A stretch of DNA of 64,000 nt, taken from contig CAVOPG010000004.1 of NCBI GenBank assembly GCA_963697835.1, forward strand, positions 84,616 through 148,615. Reading direction: 5' to 3'. The DNA is from an uncultured Acidobacteriota bacterium. GTDB lineage: Bacteria > Acidobacteriota > Vicinamibacteria > Fen-336. The notes under the pieces are model-generated. The model was not told the origin of the DNA. It searched no databases and saw nothing but the letters and a program-made list of their open reading frames with translations. The position numbers and the translations under genes are program-made. This document shows, one piece after another, positions 8,970 to 21,780 of this stretch; position 1 is the stretch's first letter, and every line of letters begins with the position of its first letter.

Positions 8970-9863
8970 ATGATCCGGCCCATGCCTGGAATCCCCCGAC
9001 GCTTCCTCCTCCCCTCGGCGGCCCTCCTGGCCCTGGCCGGACCGGCCGCCCCCGCGCCCGCCGCCGAGCCCACCACCCGCCTCGTCGTCCGCGGAGACGA
9101 CATGGGCTCGTCGCAGGCCTCGAACGAGGCCGCCGTCCGCTGCTTCAAGGACGGAGTCATGCGGGACGTCGAGCTGATGGCCGTGGGCCCGTGGTTCTCC
9201 GAAGCGGCGCGCCTCCTGCGCGCGAACCCCGGCCTCGACGTGGGCCTCCACCTCGCGCTCACGAGCGAGTGGGAGAACGTCAAGTGGCGGCCGCTCACCC
9301 CCGCCCCCAGCCTCGTCGAGCGCACCGGCTTCTTCTTCCCCATGATCTGGCCGGGACCGAACTACGGGAAGGACCGGGCGCTCAAGGAGCAGCCGTGGAA
9401 GCTCGACGAGATCGAGCGGGAGCTCCGGGCCCAGATCGAGCTCACCAGGCGCGAGGTGCCGCAGCTCAGCCACCTCAGCGACCACATGGGCTTCGAGAGC
9501 CTCGGCCCGGAGGTCGGCGCGCTCGTGAAGCGGCTCGCCGGCGAGTACGGCCTCGACATCGACCCGCAGGCGAACGGAGCGAAGTGGGTGGGCTGGGACG
9601 GGAAGCCGGAGACCTCAGCCCAAAAGGTCGAGAGCTTCGTCCGCGTCCTCGACCGGCTCGGGCCGGGAACGTGGGTGTTCGTCGATCACCCGGCCCTCGA
9701 CACGCCGGAGATGCGCGCCGTCGGCCACGTGGGATACGAGACGGTCGCCGTCGACCGACAGGGCGTGACCGACGCGTGGACGAGCGGCGCGGCGAAGGAC
9801 GCCGTCCGCCGCCGGGGCATCGAGCTCGTCTCCTACAGGGATCTCGTGAAGAAGCGACCATGA
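8970..9863 (+). CDS. YdjC/ChbG-family carbohydrate deacetylase-like protein, secreted
   Basis: ATG at 8970 with a signal peptide (RRFLLPSAALLALAGPAAPAPA). N-terminal VVRGDDMGSSQASNEA and HLSDHMGF resemble YdjC-family metal-binding motifs. Confidence 0.55.
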   Translation: MIRPMPGIPRRFLLPSAALLALAGPAAPAPAAEPTTRLVVRGDDMGSSQASNEAAVRCFKDGVMRDVELMAVGPWFSEAARLLRANPGLDVGLHLALTSEWENVKWRPLTPAPSLVERTGFFFPMIWPGPNYGKDRALKEQPWKLDEIERELRAQIELTRREVPQLSHLSDHMGFESLGPEVGALVKRLAGEYGLDIDPQANGAKWVGWDGKPETSAQKVESFVRVLDRLGPGTWVFVDHPALDTPEMRAVGHVGYETVAVDRQGVTDAWTSGAAKDAVRRRGIELVSYRDLVKKRP

Positions 9864-9967
9864 GCGACGCCCACAGCCGCCGCCAGGGCCGGGGCGTGGT
9901 GCCGGACGAAGAGGCGGGCCGGGCCCCGAGGTGCCGTAGACTCGGCCCCACGGGAAAGTAGGCCCTC

Positions 9968-10715
9968 GTGCAAAGTCGACGGCGTTCCCTGGCGGCGACT
10001 CTCCTGGCCACCCTCGCGCTCTCGGCCGCGGTGGCGGCAAAGCCCCCCGCCGCCGTCCCCGCCTCGCCCCTTCCCCTGGCGACGCCCGAGTCCCAGGGGA
10101 TGTCGTCCGAGAGGCTCGAGCGTCTGCACGCCGAAGTCCAGAGGTTCATCGACGAGGGCAAGCACGCCGGCGCCGTCTCCCTCGTCGCCCGCAACGGGAA
10201 GATCGTGGACTGGCGCACCTACGGAAAGCGGGACCTCGAGGCCGATCGTCACCAGCGTCGCCGCCCTCATCCTGCTCGAAGAGGCGCGCTTCAAGCTGGA
10301 CGACCCCATCGGGACACCTCGGGGCTCACCTACGACTTCGGCGACACCCCCGTCGAGAAGATCAACCACGACGCGAAGCTCGCCGAGGCCCCCTCGCTCG
10401 CCGACTTCGTGACGCGCGTCTCCCGTCTGCCGCTCGCCCACGAGCCCGGCGAGCGCTTCACCTACGGCGTCTCCACCGACGTCCTCGGTGCGCTCGTGGA
10501 GAAGGTCTCGGGCTGGACGTTCGGCCAGTTCCTCGAGGAGCGCCTCGCTCGGCTCGATCGGCCAGTTCGGCTGGGCGGGGGCGGCCACCACCTACGCCAA
10601 CCTGGACCCGCAGGAGAAGACGGTCGCCCTCCTCTTCGTGCAGCACTTCCCCTTCGACGAGCACAAGATCTTCTGGCGCTTCTCCACCCTCGCTTACGCG
10701 GCGATCGTGAACTGA
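9968..10715 (+). pseudogene. serine hydrolase (beta-lactamase/PBP-like family) remnant with three internal deletions
   Basis: The signal peptide and N-terminus (GAVSLVARNGKIVDWRTYGKRDLEA) are in the frame of ORF 9968. PIVTSVAALILLEEARFKLDDPI follows in the next frame. TSGLTYDFG...LPLAHEPGERFTYGVSTDVLGALVEKVSGWTFGQFLEERL is back in the first frame. The C-terminus GSIGQFGWAGAATTYANLDPQEKTVALLFVQH is in ORF 10488..10715. The S-x-x-K catalytic segment is absent. Total length is ~750 nt against the ~1.2 kb or more expected. Confidence 0.7.
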
Positions 10716-10746
10716 GGCGCCCCTTCCCGCACGGCGGGAAGCAGTC

Positions 10747-11811
10747 CTAGATGAAGTAGAACGCCACCGCCAGGATGGCGTAGACGGCGAGGAGCTGCAC
10801 GCCCTCGAACCAGTTGGTGCGCCCGTCCTGCACGAGCTGGCTCACCGCGAGGACGGAGAGCATCACCGCGGCGACCTCGAGGATCGTGAACTCGAGGCCG
10901 AGGGGCCGGCCGATGACGTGGCCGGCGATGACGAGGACCGGGGCCACGAAGAGGGCGATCTGCATCGACGAGCCCATCGCGATGCCGAGGGCCAGGTCCA
11001 TCTTGTTCTTCATCGCCACCATCACCGCGGTCGAGTGCTCGGCGGCGTTACCGACCACCGCCACCACCACGACGCCCATGAACACCTTGCCGAGGCCGAG
11101 GGTGGTGCCGGCCGCGTCGATCGCGTGCACGAGGATCTCGCTCACGAACCCGGTGAGGACGGCGGCGGCGAGAAGGACCAGAGAGCTCCGCGTGATCGAC
11201 CAGGGCCGGCCCGCCCCGACGTCCTCGGCCGTCTCGCCTTCCGGCGAGAAGAAGCGCTGGTGGGTCTTGAACTGGAAGACGAGGCTCGCCACGTAGGTGA
11301 GGATCAGGATGAAGGAGATGTCGAGGCTGATCGACTCGATGTGCTCGGGCTCCCGGTGATGGGTCACGGTCGCGTAGATGGCGGGGATGACGAGCGCCAC
11401 CACCGCCAGGAGCATCATGCTGCCGCCCGTCTCCGCGGCCATGCGGTTGAAGCGGAGCTCCTTGTGCTTCCATCCGCCGAGGAGCATGGCCAGGCCGAGG
11501 ACCATGAGCATGTTGCCGATGATCGAGCCGGTGAGCGATGCCTTGACTATTTCCATCTCACCCGCGCGCAAGGCCATGAAGCCGATGATGAGCTCGGCCG
11601 CGTTGCCGAAGGTCGCGTTCAGGAGCCCCCCGACCCCGGGGCCCGCGTGGTGGGCGAGGTGCTCGGTGGACTCGCCCATGAGACCGGCGAGGGGCAGGAT
11701 CGCGATGCAGCAGAAGACGAAGACGACGCTCGGCGAGGCGTGGGTGAGCCCCAGCCAGAGGCTCACCGGTACGAACACGAGCAGTGCGTAGAGAAGTCGC
11801 TTGCCCTTCAT
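10747..11811 (-). CDS. Ca2+/H+ antiporter (CaCA family)
   Basis: Two alpha-repeat motifs (ATFGNAAELII and VVGNAAEHSTAV) and about 11 hydrophobic helices. ATG at 11811 is preceded by GGGGAGAG. Confidence 0.85.
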   Translation of the reverse strand: MKGKRLLYALLVFVPVSLWLGLTHASPSVVFVFCCIAILPLAGLMGESTEHLAHHAGPGVGGLLNATFGNAAELIIGFMALRAGEMEIVKASLTGSIIGNMLMVLGLAMLLGGWKHKELRFNRMAAETGGSMMLLAVVALVIPAIYATVTHHREPEHIESISLDISFILILTYVASLVFQFKTHQRFFSPEGETAEDVGAGRPWSITRSSLVLLAAAVLTGFVSEILVHAIDAAGTTLGLGKVFMGVVVVAVVGNAAEHSTAVMVAMKNKMDLALGIAMGSSMQIALFVAPVLVIAGHVIGRPLGLEFTILEVAAVMLSVLAVSQLVQDGRTNWFEGVQLLAVYAILAVAFYFI

Positions 11812-11951
11812 GGCTCTCTCCCCGGCGGCGGCCCCGAGCTTACAGCGGGCGAACGCGAGTCGCCTATAATCCCCCGAACGACCCTTTCTGCCATGCGGCC
11901 GCCGGTTCCCGCTCTCAGCCATCCTGCCCTCCTCGCCGCGGGTGCGCCGTG

Positions 11952-12620
11952 ATGGCACGCCTGCGGTTCGGCGACTGGGTGTTCGACGGCGAGAGCCGGG
12001 AGCTGCGGGGGCGGGAGCGTGCGGTCCACCTCTCGCCGAAGGCTTTCGACCTCCTGGGCGCGCTCCTGGAGAGCCGCCCGCGGGCGCTGTCCAAGGCGGA
12101 GCTCTTCGATCGTCTCTGGGCGGGCACGTTCGTGTCCGACTCCAGCCTCGCGAGCCTCGTCAAGGAGATCCGGAGGGCGCTCGGCGATCCTGCGCGCCGG
12201 CCGGGCTTCCTGCGCACCGTGCACGGCTTCGGCTACGCCTTCTGCGGCGAGGCTACCGAGGAGTCCCTTGGCGCGGGACGGAACGGGCGCGGCGCCACCT
12301 TCTCATTGGTATGGGGGTCTCGCGAGATCCCCCTTGCCGACGGCGAGAACGTGCTCGGGCGCGCCCTGGACGCCTCGTCCCGGATCGAGTCGGCCGCCGT
12401 CTCGCGGCGGCATGCGCGGATCGTTCTCGCCGCGGGTTGCGCCACGATCGAGGACCTGGGGAGCAAGAACGGCACGCACCTCAACGGACGGCGGCTGAAG
12501 GGCAAGGCGGCGCTCGCCGACGGAGACGCGATCGTCCTGGGCCCGGTGCGCCTCGTGTTCCGGGTCGTCTCCGCGACGGCCTCGACCCAGACCTCCGCGG
12601 GTCCGGGAAGCGACGCCTGA
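11952..12620 (+). CDS. OmpR/PhoB-type winged-helix DNA-binding domain fused to an FHA domain
   Basis: The N-terminus has LSPKAFDLLGALLESRPRALSKAELFDRLWAG...LVKEIRRAL...TVHGFGYAF (trans_reg_C-like). The C-terminus has LGRALDASSRIESAAVSRRHARI...LGSKNGTHLNGRRL (FHA). No receiver domain is present. Confidence 0.75.
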   Translation: MARLRFGDWVFDGESRELRGRERAVHLSPKAFDLLGALLESRPRALSKAELFDRLWAGTFVSDSSLASLVKEIRRALGDPARRPGFLRTVHGFGYAFCGEATEESLGAGRNGRGATFSLVWGSREIPLADGENVLGRALDASSRIESAAVSRRHARIVLAAGCATIEDLGSKNGTHLNGRRLKGKAALADGDAIVLGPVRLVFRVVSATASTQTSAGPGSDA

Positions 12621-12734
12621 TCCGGCTCCAGGGCGCCCGGAGAATCACGAAAACTCCAGGATTTCTTCAGGACTTCCCTCGCGTTTGTCGCTATACTCCC
12701 GCCAAAACCAGCGAGCCGACACTGGGAGGTGCGC

Positions 12735-14129
12735 ATGACCGTGCGGAAGCTGCTGCTGTGGGCGTCCCTGGCCGCCACCCTGCCCCTGCGGGCAGGGGCG
12801 ACCGACGAGGGACCTGGGCGCCACCATGGACAGATCGAGCCGTACGCAGGGCGGTGGCGGACCTGGGTGATCCCTTCCGGCGAGGACTTCCGGGTCCCGC
12901 CGCCGCCCTCGCAAGCCCGCACGCGGGCCGAGCTGAGGCGCCTCGAAGACCTGACCCGCCACCCAGACGACGCGACCCGACGGAAGATCGCGTTCTGGGA
13001 CGCCGGCGCCCCGTCCTACCGCTGGATCGACCTCATCTCAACGCGCCTTCTCGCCGGCACGCCGACGAGCGCCTACCCGCACCGGGTCTACACGTACGTG
13101 GCCCTCGCGATGTACGACGCCACGATCGCGACGTGGGAATCGAAGTACCACTACCGGAGGCCCCGGCCCAGCGAGGTGGACGACGACATCCGGACGGCGC
13201 TGCCGGTTCCCGACAGCCCTTCGTACCCGTCCGAGCACGCCGCGGCGGCGCAGGCCGCGGCCACCGTCCTCGCGCACTTCCTGCCGGCGGAGGCGGCGTC
13301 CTTCCAGGCCATGGCTGAAGAAGCCGGCTGGTCTCGCGTGCTGGCCGGCCTCCAGTACCCCAGCGACTACCAGGCCGGGCTCGCGCTCGGCCGGAAGGTC
13401 GCGGAGGAGGTCATCGAGAAAGCGGACGCCGATGGCTCCAGCGCGCCCTGGACGGGCTCCGTTCCGACCGGCCCGTGCAACTGGATCGGCACGAACCCCG
13501 GCAACGTCACGGGCCCGACCTGGACGCCCCTCCTGCTGAGCTCTGCGAGCGAGTTCAGGCCCCCGACGCCGCCGGACTGCCACTCGCCCGAGGTGGTGGC
13601 CGAGACGGCGGTCGTCCGCAACTTCCCCCGCGCTCCCGTGAACTTCGGGACCAACTACAAGGCCTTCTACTGGCAGAGCCCGGAAGGTATCAACCACTGG
13701 CCCTACCGGTACCTCAACCAGTGGCTCTTCGAGGACGGACTCGATCGGAATCCGCCCCGCGCCGCGCGGGCCTACGCCCTCGTCGCCGCCTCGCTCTTCG
13801 ACGCGTTCATCGCGAGCCAGGACGGGAAGTTCACGTACTGGTACATCCGGCCGAGCCAGCTCGACCCGGCCATCGTGCCCCTCTTCCCGGTGCCGAACTT
13901 CCCGAGCTACCCCTCGAACCACTCGACCTTCTCCGCCACCCGGTCCGAGATCCTCGCGTACCTCTTCCCGACGCGGGCGGACTTCATCCGCGCGGTCGGC
14001 AAGGAGGGCGGCGACTCGAGGATCTGGGCCGGGATCCACTACCCGATGGACAACGTCGCGGGCGTCGCGCTCGGCAAGTCCGTCGCCCACGCCTTCATCG
14101 ACTGGGCGGAGAGCGACGGCTCGCAGTAG
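12735..14129 (+). CDS. PAP2 / vanadium-haloperoxidase-like phosphoesterase with two tandem PAP2-like halves, secreted
   Basis: GGGAGG lies 5 nt before ATG 12735, and a signal peptide is present. Half 1 reads KYHYRRPRP / PSYPSEH / SRVLAGLQYPSD. Half 2 reads KFTYWYIRP / PSYPSNH / SRIWAGIHYPMD (full Kx6RP-PSGH-SRx5Hx3D pattern). Confidence 0.65.
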   Translation: MTVRKLLLWASLAATLPLRAGATDEGPGRHHGQIEPYAGRWRTWVIPSGEDFRVPPPPSQARTRAELRRLEDLTRHPDDATRRKIAFWDAGAPSYRWIDLISTRLLAGTPTSAYPHRVYTYVALAMYDATIATWESKYHYRRPRPSEVDDDIRTALPVPDSPSYPSEHAAAAQAAATVLAHFLPAEAASFQAMAEEAGWSRVLAGLQYPSDYQAGLALGRKVAEEVIEKADADGSSAPWTGSVPTGPCNWIGTNPGNVTGPTWTPLLLSSASEFRPPTPPDCHSPEVVAETAVVRNFPRAPVNFGTNYKAFYWQSPEGINHWPYRYLNQWLFEDGLDRNPPRAARAYALVAASLFDAFIASQDGKFTYWYIRPSQLDPAIVPLFPVPNFPSYPSNHSTFSATRSEILAYLFPTRADFIRAVGKEGGDSRIWAGIHYPMDNVAGVALGKSVAHAFIDWAESDGSQ

Positions 14130-14147
14130 GGGCGGGCCCCGCCGGCC

Positions 14148-14177
14148 CAGAGCGGGGCGCCTCGGCGCCCCGCTCTG
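14148..14177 (+). terminator. GC-rich perfect hairpin downstream of the PAP2-like gene
   Basis: CAGAGCGGGGCGCC-tc-GGCGCCCCGCTCTG gives a 12-14 bp stem 19 nt after the stop at 14129. There is no U-tract. Confidence 0.45.
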
Positions 14178-14267
14178 CGTCCAGTGGCCGAGGCAATCAG
14201 CCGAATCAGTCGCATCTACCGGAGGGCGCGCTCCGCCGGGCTAGAATCGGGCGGAGGAGTTCTTCGA

Positions 14268-15137
14268 GTGATCGCTCTCGTTCTCGCTGCCGCCCTGTCC
14301 ACGCCCACGCCGGCCGAGGCGCGGGTCGTCGAGTACCTCAAGGCCAACGTGAAGCCCGGCCAGCCCGTGGTGGTGTCCGACCTCTACAACACCGTCTTCA
14401 CCGCGCCCGAGGAGCGGGCGGTGCTCAACCGCCTCTTCAACACCTTCTTCAAGATGCCCCTCTACCTGGCCCAGCACCTCGCCGCCGCCGGGAAGCCGCC
14501 GACGCTCGGCGAGATCTCGGAGCAGTTCCACTTCGAGGTGCCGGGGGAGGCCGACGTCATGCTCCGGATCATGGAGTCGGACCCCCGCATGCCGCGCTTC
14601 GTCACGCGCGACGCGGCGACGGGCGAGATCACGAGCGTGGACGTCGACCGGATCCTCGCGCACCCGCGGTTCGGGAAGGCGCTGGAGCGGACGATCACCG
14701 GCTGGGAGCGCCGGCCCGCCCCCGCGTTCGCGACGACGACCTACGACGGGAAGCCCCTGACCTCGGAGTCCCTGGCCGGCAAGCCGCACCTCGTCTACTT
14801 CTGGTTCACGGGCTGCCCGCCCTGCACGCGGACCGCTCCCCTCCTCGCCGAGCTCGACCGCGATTACGCCGCCCGAGGCTTCCGGATCGTGGCCCTGAAC
14901 GCGGACCGCGCCCTCGAGCTGCCCACGACCGACGAGGACCGCGCGGCCTACGCGGCCCGGAACGGCTGGGGCTTCACCCTCGCCCACATGACGCCCGACG
15001 TGCAGGAGGCCTACGGCGCGGTGAGCGTCTTCCCGACCCTGTTCTTCGTGGACCGCAAAGGCACCATCGTGCGGCACTTCGTCAACTTCCAGCCGAAGAC
15101 GATCCTCGAGGAGGCGACCCGGGTCGCCCTGGAGTAG
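14268..15137 (+). CDS. TlpA/ResA-like thioredoxin-fold protein (CPPC) with an N-terminal extension domain
   Basis: YFWFTGCPPCTRTAPLL redoxin motif. GTG 14268 is preceded by GGAGGAG, and the track ORF starts at 14184. An N-terminal hydrophobic anchor is present. Confidence 0.7.
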   Translation: MIALVLAAALSTPTPAEARVVEYLKANVKPGQPVVVSDLYNTVFTAPEERAVLNRLFNTFFKMPLYLAQHLAAAGKPPTLGEISEQFHFEVPGEADVMLRIMESDPRMPRFVTRDAATGEITSVDVDRILAHPRFGKALERTITGWERRPAPAFATTTYDGKPLTSESLAGKPHLVYFWFTGCPPCTRTAPLLAELDRDYAARGFRIVALNADRALELPTTDEDRAAYAARNGWGFTLAHMTPDVQEAYGAVSVFPTLFFVDRKGTIVRHFVNFQPKTILEEATRVALE

Positions 15138-15203
15138 CGCCTGGCCGACACCGGCAGGGTCGAGAGGCGCGCCAAGCGCACCGAAAGAGCCTGCCGCGGG
15201 AGG

Positions 15204-17624
15204 TCACTCCGCGCGCAGGACGGCCGCGGGGTCCAGGCGCGCGGCGCGCCGGGCGGGCAGGTAGCTGGCCAGCAGCGCCGCCATGGACAGCAGCCCCGCC
15301 ACCACGGCGAAGGTAGCGGGATCGGTGGCGCTCACGCCGAAGAGCAGGCCCTGCATGACCCGGGTGAGGGCGAATGCCGCGAGGAGCCCCAGGGTCACGC
15401 CCGCCGCGGCCAGCCGCGCCGCCTGGCCCAGCACCAGGCGCAGGACGTCGCCGGCGTCGGCACCCACGGCCAGGCGCAGCCCGATCTCCCCCGTGCGCCG
15501 CTCGACCGAACCCGCCACGACCCCGTAGACGCCCACGGTGGCCAGGGCCAACCCGAGCAGGGCGAACCCGCCGAGAAGAGCCATGACGAAACGGCTCGCG
15601 GCCATCGAGTCGGAGAGGAGCGCCAGCAGGGGCCGCACGTTGTAGACGGCCAGTTCGGAGTCGAGGGCGGCCGCCTGGCGCCGGAGCACGCCGGCGAACG
15701 AGACGGGATCGCCTGAGGTGCGCACGACCAGGCTCACCCAGGACCAGCTCTGCTGCGGGTGCGGCACGTAGATCTCGGGAGGGGCGAAGATCCGCCGGTC
15801 GAAACTGCGGACGTCGCCCACCACGCCCACGACCTCGAAGGTGAGGGGATCGCTGTGATCAGTCGTGATGCCGATGCGGAGGCGTTGACCCAGCGGGTCC
15901 TGGCCGGGGAAGACCTGGGCGGCCAGCGTCTCGTTCACGACCGCCACGGCCTTCGCCCCTCGACGGTCGCCGGCATCGAACGTGCGGCCCTTCCGGAGCG
16001 GGATGCGCATCGTCTCGAAATAACCGGCGGTGACGGCGCGGTACTCCGCGCGCGGTCTCTGGCCGGGTGCCGGCGCGGACCGACCTTCCACGGTGAAGCG
16101 CGTCGCGATGTCGCCTCCGAGCGGCAGCGGGGTGATGGCGGCCGCCGAGATCACCCCGGGCATGTGGCGCACGCCTTCGAGCAGCTCGGCGTAGAAGGTG
16201 GCGCGCTGGTCCGGCCGCGGGTACCGGGTGTCGGGCAACGACACGGCGAGAGTCAGGACGTTCCTGGGATCGAAGCCGGGATCGACCGACAGGAGGCGAC
16301 GGAAGCTCTCGAGCAGCAGGCCGGCACCCGCCATCAGCACCAGGGAGAGGGCGATCTCGGCGATGACCAGGGAGCGGGCGCCGGGATGGCGCGCCAGGGC
16401 CGGGCTCCGGCCGCAGTCGTGCAAGGCCGCGTGGACGTCGGTGCGCGACGCGGAGAGGGCAGGGAGGAGGCCGAAGGCCACCCCGGTGAGAAGCGAGAGC
16501 GCGAGGGAGAAGCCCAGCACCCGGCCGTCGAGCGCGATGTCTCGAAGGCGCGGCGTGCTCGCGGGCGCGAGCGACAGCAAGGCGTCGAGGCCCCAATAGG
16601 CCAGCGCGAGTCCGGCCACGCCGCCCACAACACCCAGCAAGATGCTCTCCGTGAGGAGCGCCTGGACCAGTCGCGACCGCCTCGCCCCCAGCGCGGCGCG
16701 GATCGCCACCTCCCTCCGGCGTGCCAGCGCCCGAGGCAAGACGAGGTTGGCCACGTTGGCGCAGGCGATGAGCAGGAGGAACGCCACCGCGCCCAACAGC
16801 ACCAGGAGCGGCCGGCGCAGCTCGCCCACCGTGTCCGCATGCAGCGACTCCACCATCGCTCCCACGCCGGTGTTGTGGTCGGGGTATTCCTTCTCGAGAC
16901 GCAGGGCGATCCTGGCCAGCTCGGTCCGGGCCTGGGCGAGGCTCACGCCCGACCGGAGACGGCCAATCGCCACCAGGGACCGGTTGCCGCGCTGCTCGCT
17001 CTCTTCACCGTCCAGCGCCAGCGGGGCGAAGACTTCGGCACGCTCGACCTCGCGCGGCGGTCGGAAGCCCTGGGGCAGGATGCCGACGACGGCGTGGGGC
17101 TGTCCGCTGAGCGTGATACTCCGGCCCACGAGGGTGGGGTCGGCGCCGAGGCGCCGCCACAGGCCGTCGCCGAGGACGGCGGCGCGCTCGCCACCGGGCC
17201 GGTCCATATCCTCCCGGAGCAACTGGCCTCGCCCCGGCGCCACGCGCAAGGCCTGGAAGAAGCTCGCGGTGACCTGCGCCCCCTCTATGCGCTCCGGACC
17301 GCCGGGCCCAGCCAGGGTGAAGTCAGCCGCGCGCAGCGCCGCGATCGACTCGAAGCTCCGGCTCTCGCGTCGCCAGTCGCGGTAGTCTGGATACGAGATC
17401 ACGCCGGGCCGGCCGGGCTGGGCTCGCGTCGCCCCGCGGATCATGACCAGCCGGTCGGGCTCGGGGTAGGACAGGGGCTTGAGCAGGACGCCGTGCACCG
17501 CGCTGAACATCGCGGTCGTGGCGCCGACGCCGAGGGCGACGGTGAGAACGGCGAGCGCGGTGAAGCCGGGGCTCCGCACCAGCCGCCGTGTCGCGTGACG
17601 CAGGTCGTCGAGCAGCGTCTGCAT
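15204..17624 (-). CDS. ADOP-family duplicated MacB/FtsX-type ABC transporter permease (no adjacent ATPase)
   Basis: 806 aa. The characteristic N-terminus is LLDDLRHATRRLVRSPGFTALAVLTVALGVGATTAMFS. There are two MacB-periplasmic/FtsX-type modules. Confidence 0.85.
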   Translation of the reverse strand: MQTLLDDLRHATRRLVRSPGFTALAVLTVALGVGATTAMFSAVHGVLLKPLSYPEPDRLVMIRGATRAQPGRPGVISYPDYRDWRRESRSFESIAALRAADFTLAGPGGPERIEGAQVTASFFQALRVAPGRGQLLREDMDRPGGERAAVLGDGLWRRLGADPTLVGRSITLSGQPHAVVGILPQGFRPPREVERAEVFAPLALDGEESEQRGNRSLVAIGRLRSGVSLAQARTELARIALRLEKEYPDHNTGVGAMVESLHADTVGELRRPLLVLLGAVAFLLLIACANVANLVLPRALARRREVAIRAALGARRSRLVQALLTESILLGVVGGVAGLALAYWGLDALLSLAPASTPRLRDIALDGRVLGFSLALSLLTGVAFGLLPALSASRTDVHAALHDCGRSPALARHPGARSLVIAEIALSLVLMAGAGLLLESFRRLLSVDPGFDPRNVLTLAVSLPDTRYPRPDQRATFYAELLEGVRHMPGVISAAAITPLPLGGDIATRFTVEGRSAPAPGQRPRAEYRAVTAGYFETMRIPLRKGRTFDAGDRRGAKAVAVVNETLAAQVFPGQDPLGQRLRIGITTDHSDPLTFEVVGVVGDVRSFDRRIFAPPEIYVPHPQQSWSWVSLVVRTSGDPVSFAGVLRRQAAALDSELAVYNVRPLLALLSDSMAASRFVMALLGGFALLGLALATVGVYGVVAGSVERRTGEIGLRLAVGADAGDVLRLVLGQAARLAAAGVTLGLLAAFALTRVMQGLLFGVSATDPATFAVVAGLLSMAALLASYLPARRAARLDPAAVLRAE

Positions 17625-17809
17625 GCGGGCGCTCCTGTCTACGCCAGGGCCAGAGGATCAAAGGACGTGCCAGGGCCGTCCCCGAGGGAAGCCGCGGATC
17701 GGGAACGACTTCAGGCCCGGGTGGGGGCGGCGGGTGCGCCGGGAGCGTCCGTTTGTGGCACGCGGGCGTCCCAGGATCGTATCGATCTCAGGGCGCCGTG
17801 GCGGCGCCT

Positions 17810-21657
<3,848 letters not shown>

Positions 21658-21780
21658 CACCCACCTCCGACACCGCGCATCGTATCCCAGGGCCATCGAG
21701 ATCGAGGGGCTCCGGTTGTGGGCGCACCTTCGAGCGGCTACCCTACCGGCCAGCCGTCTCGAGAACGGGAGGAGGCTCAG

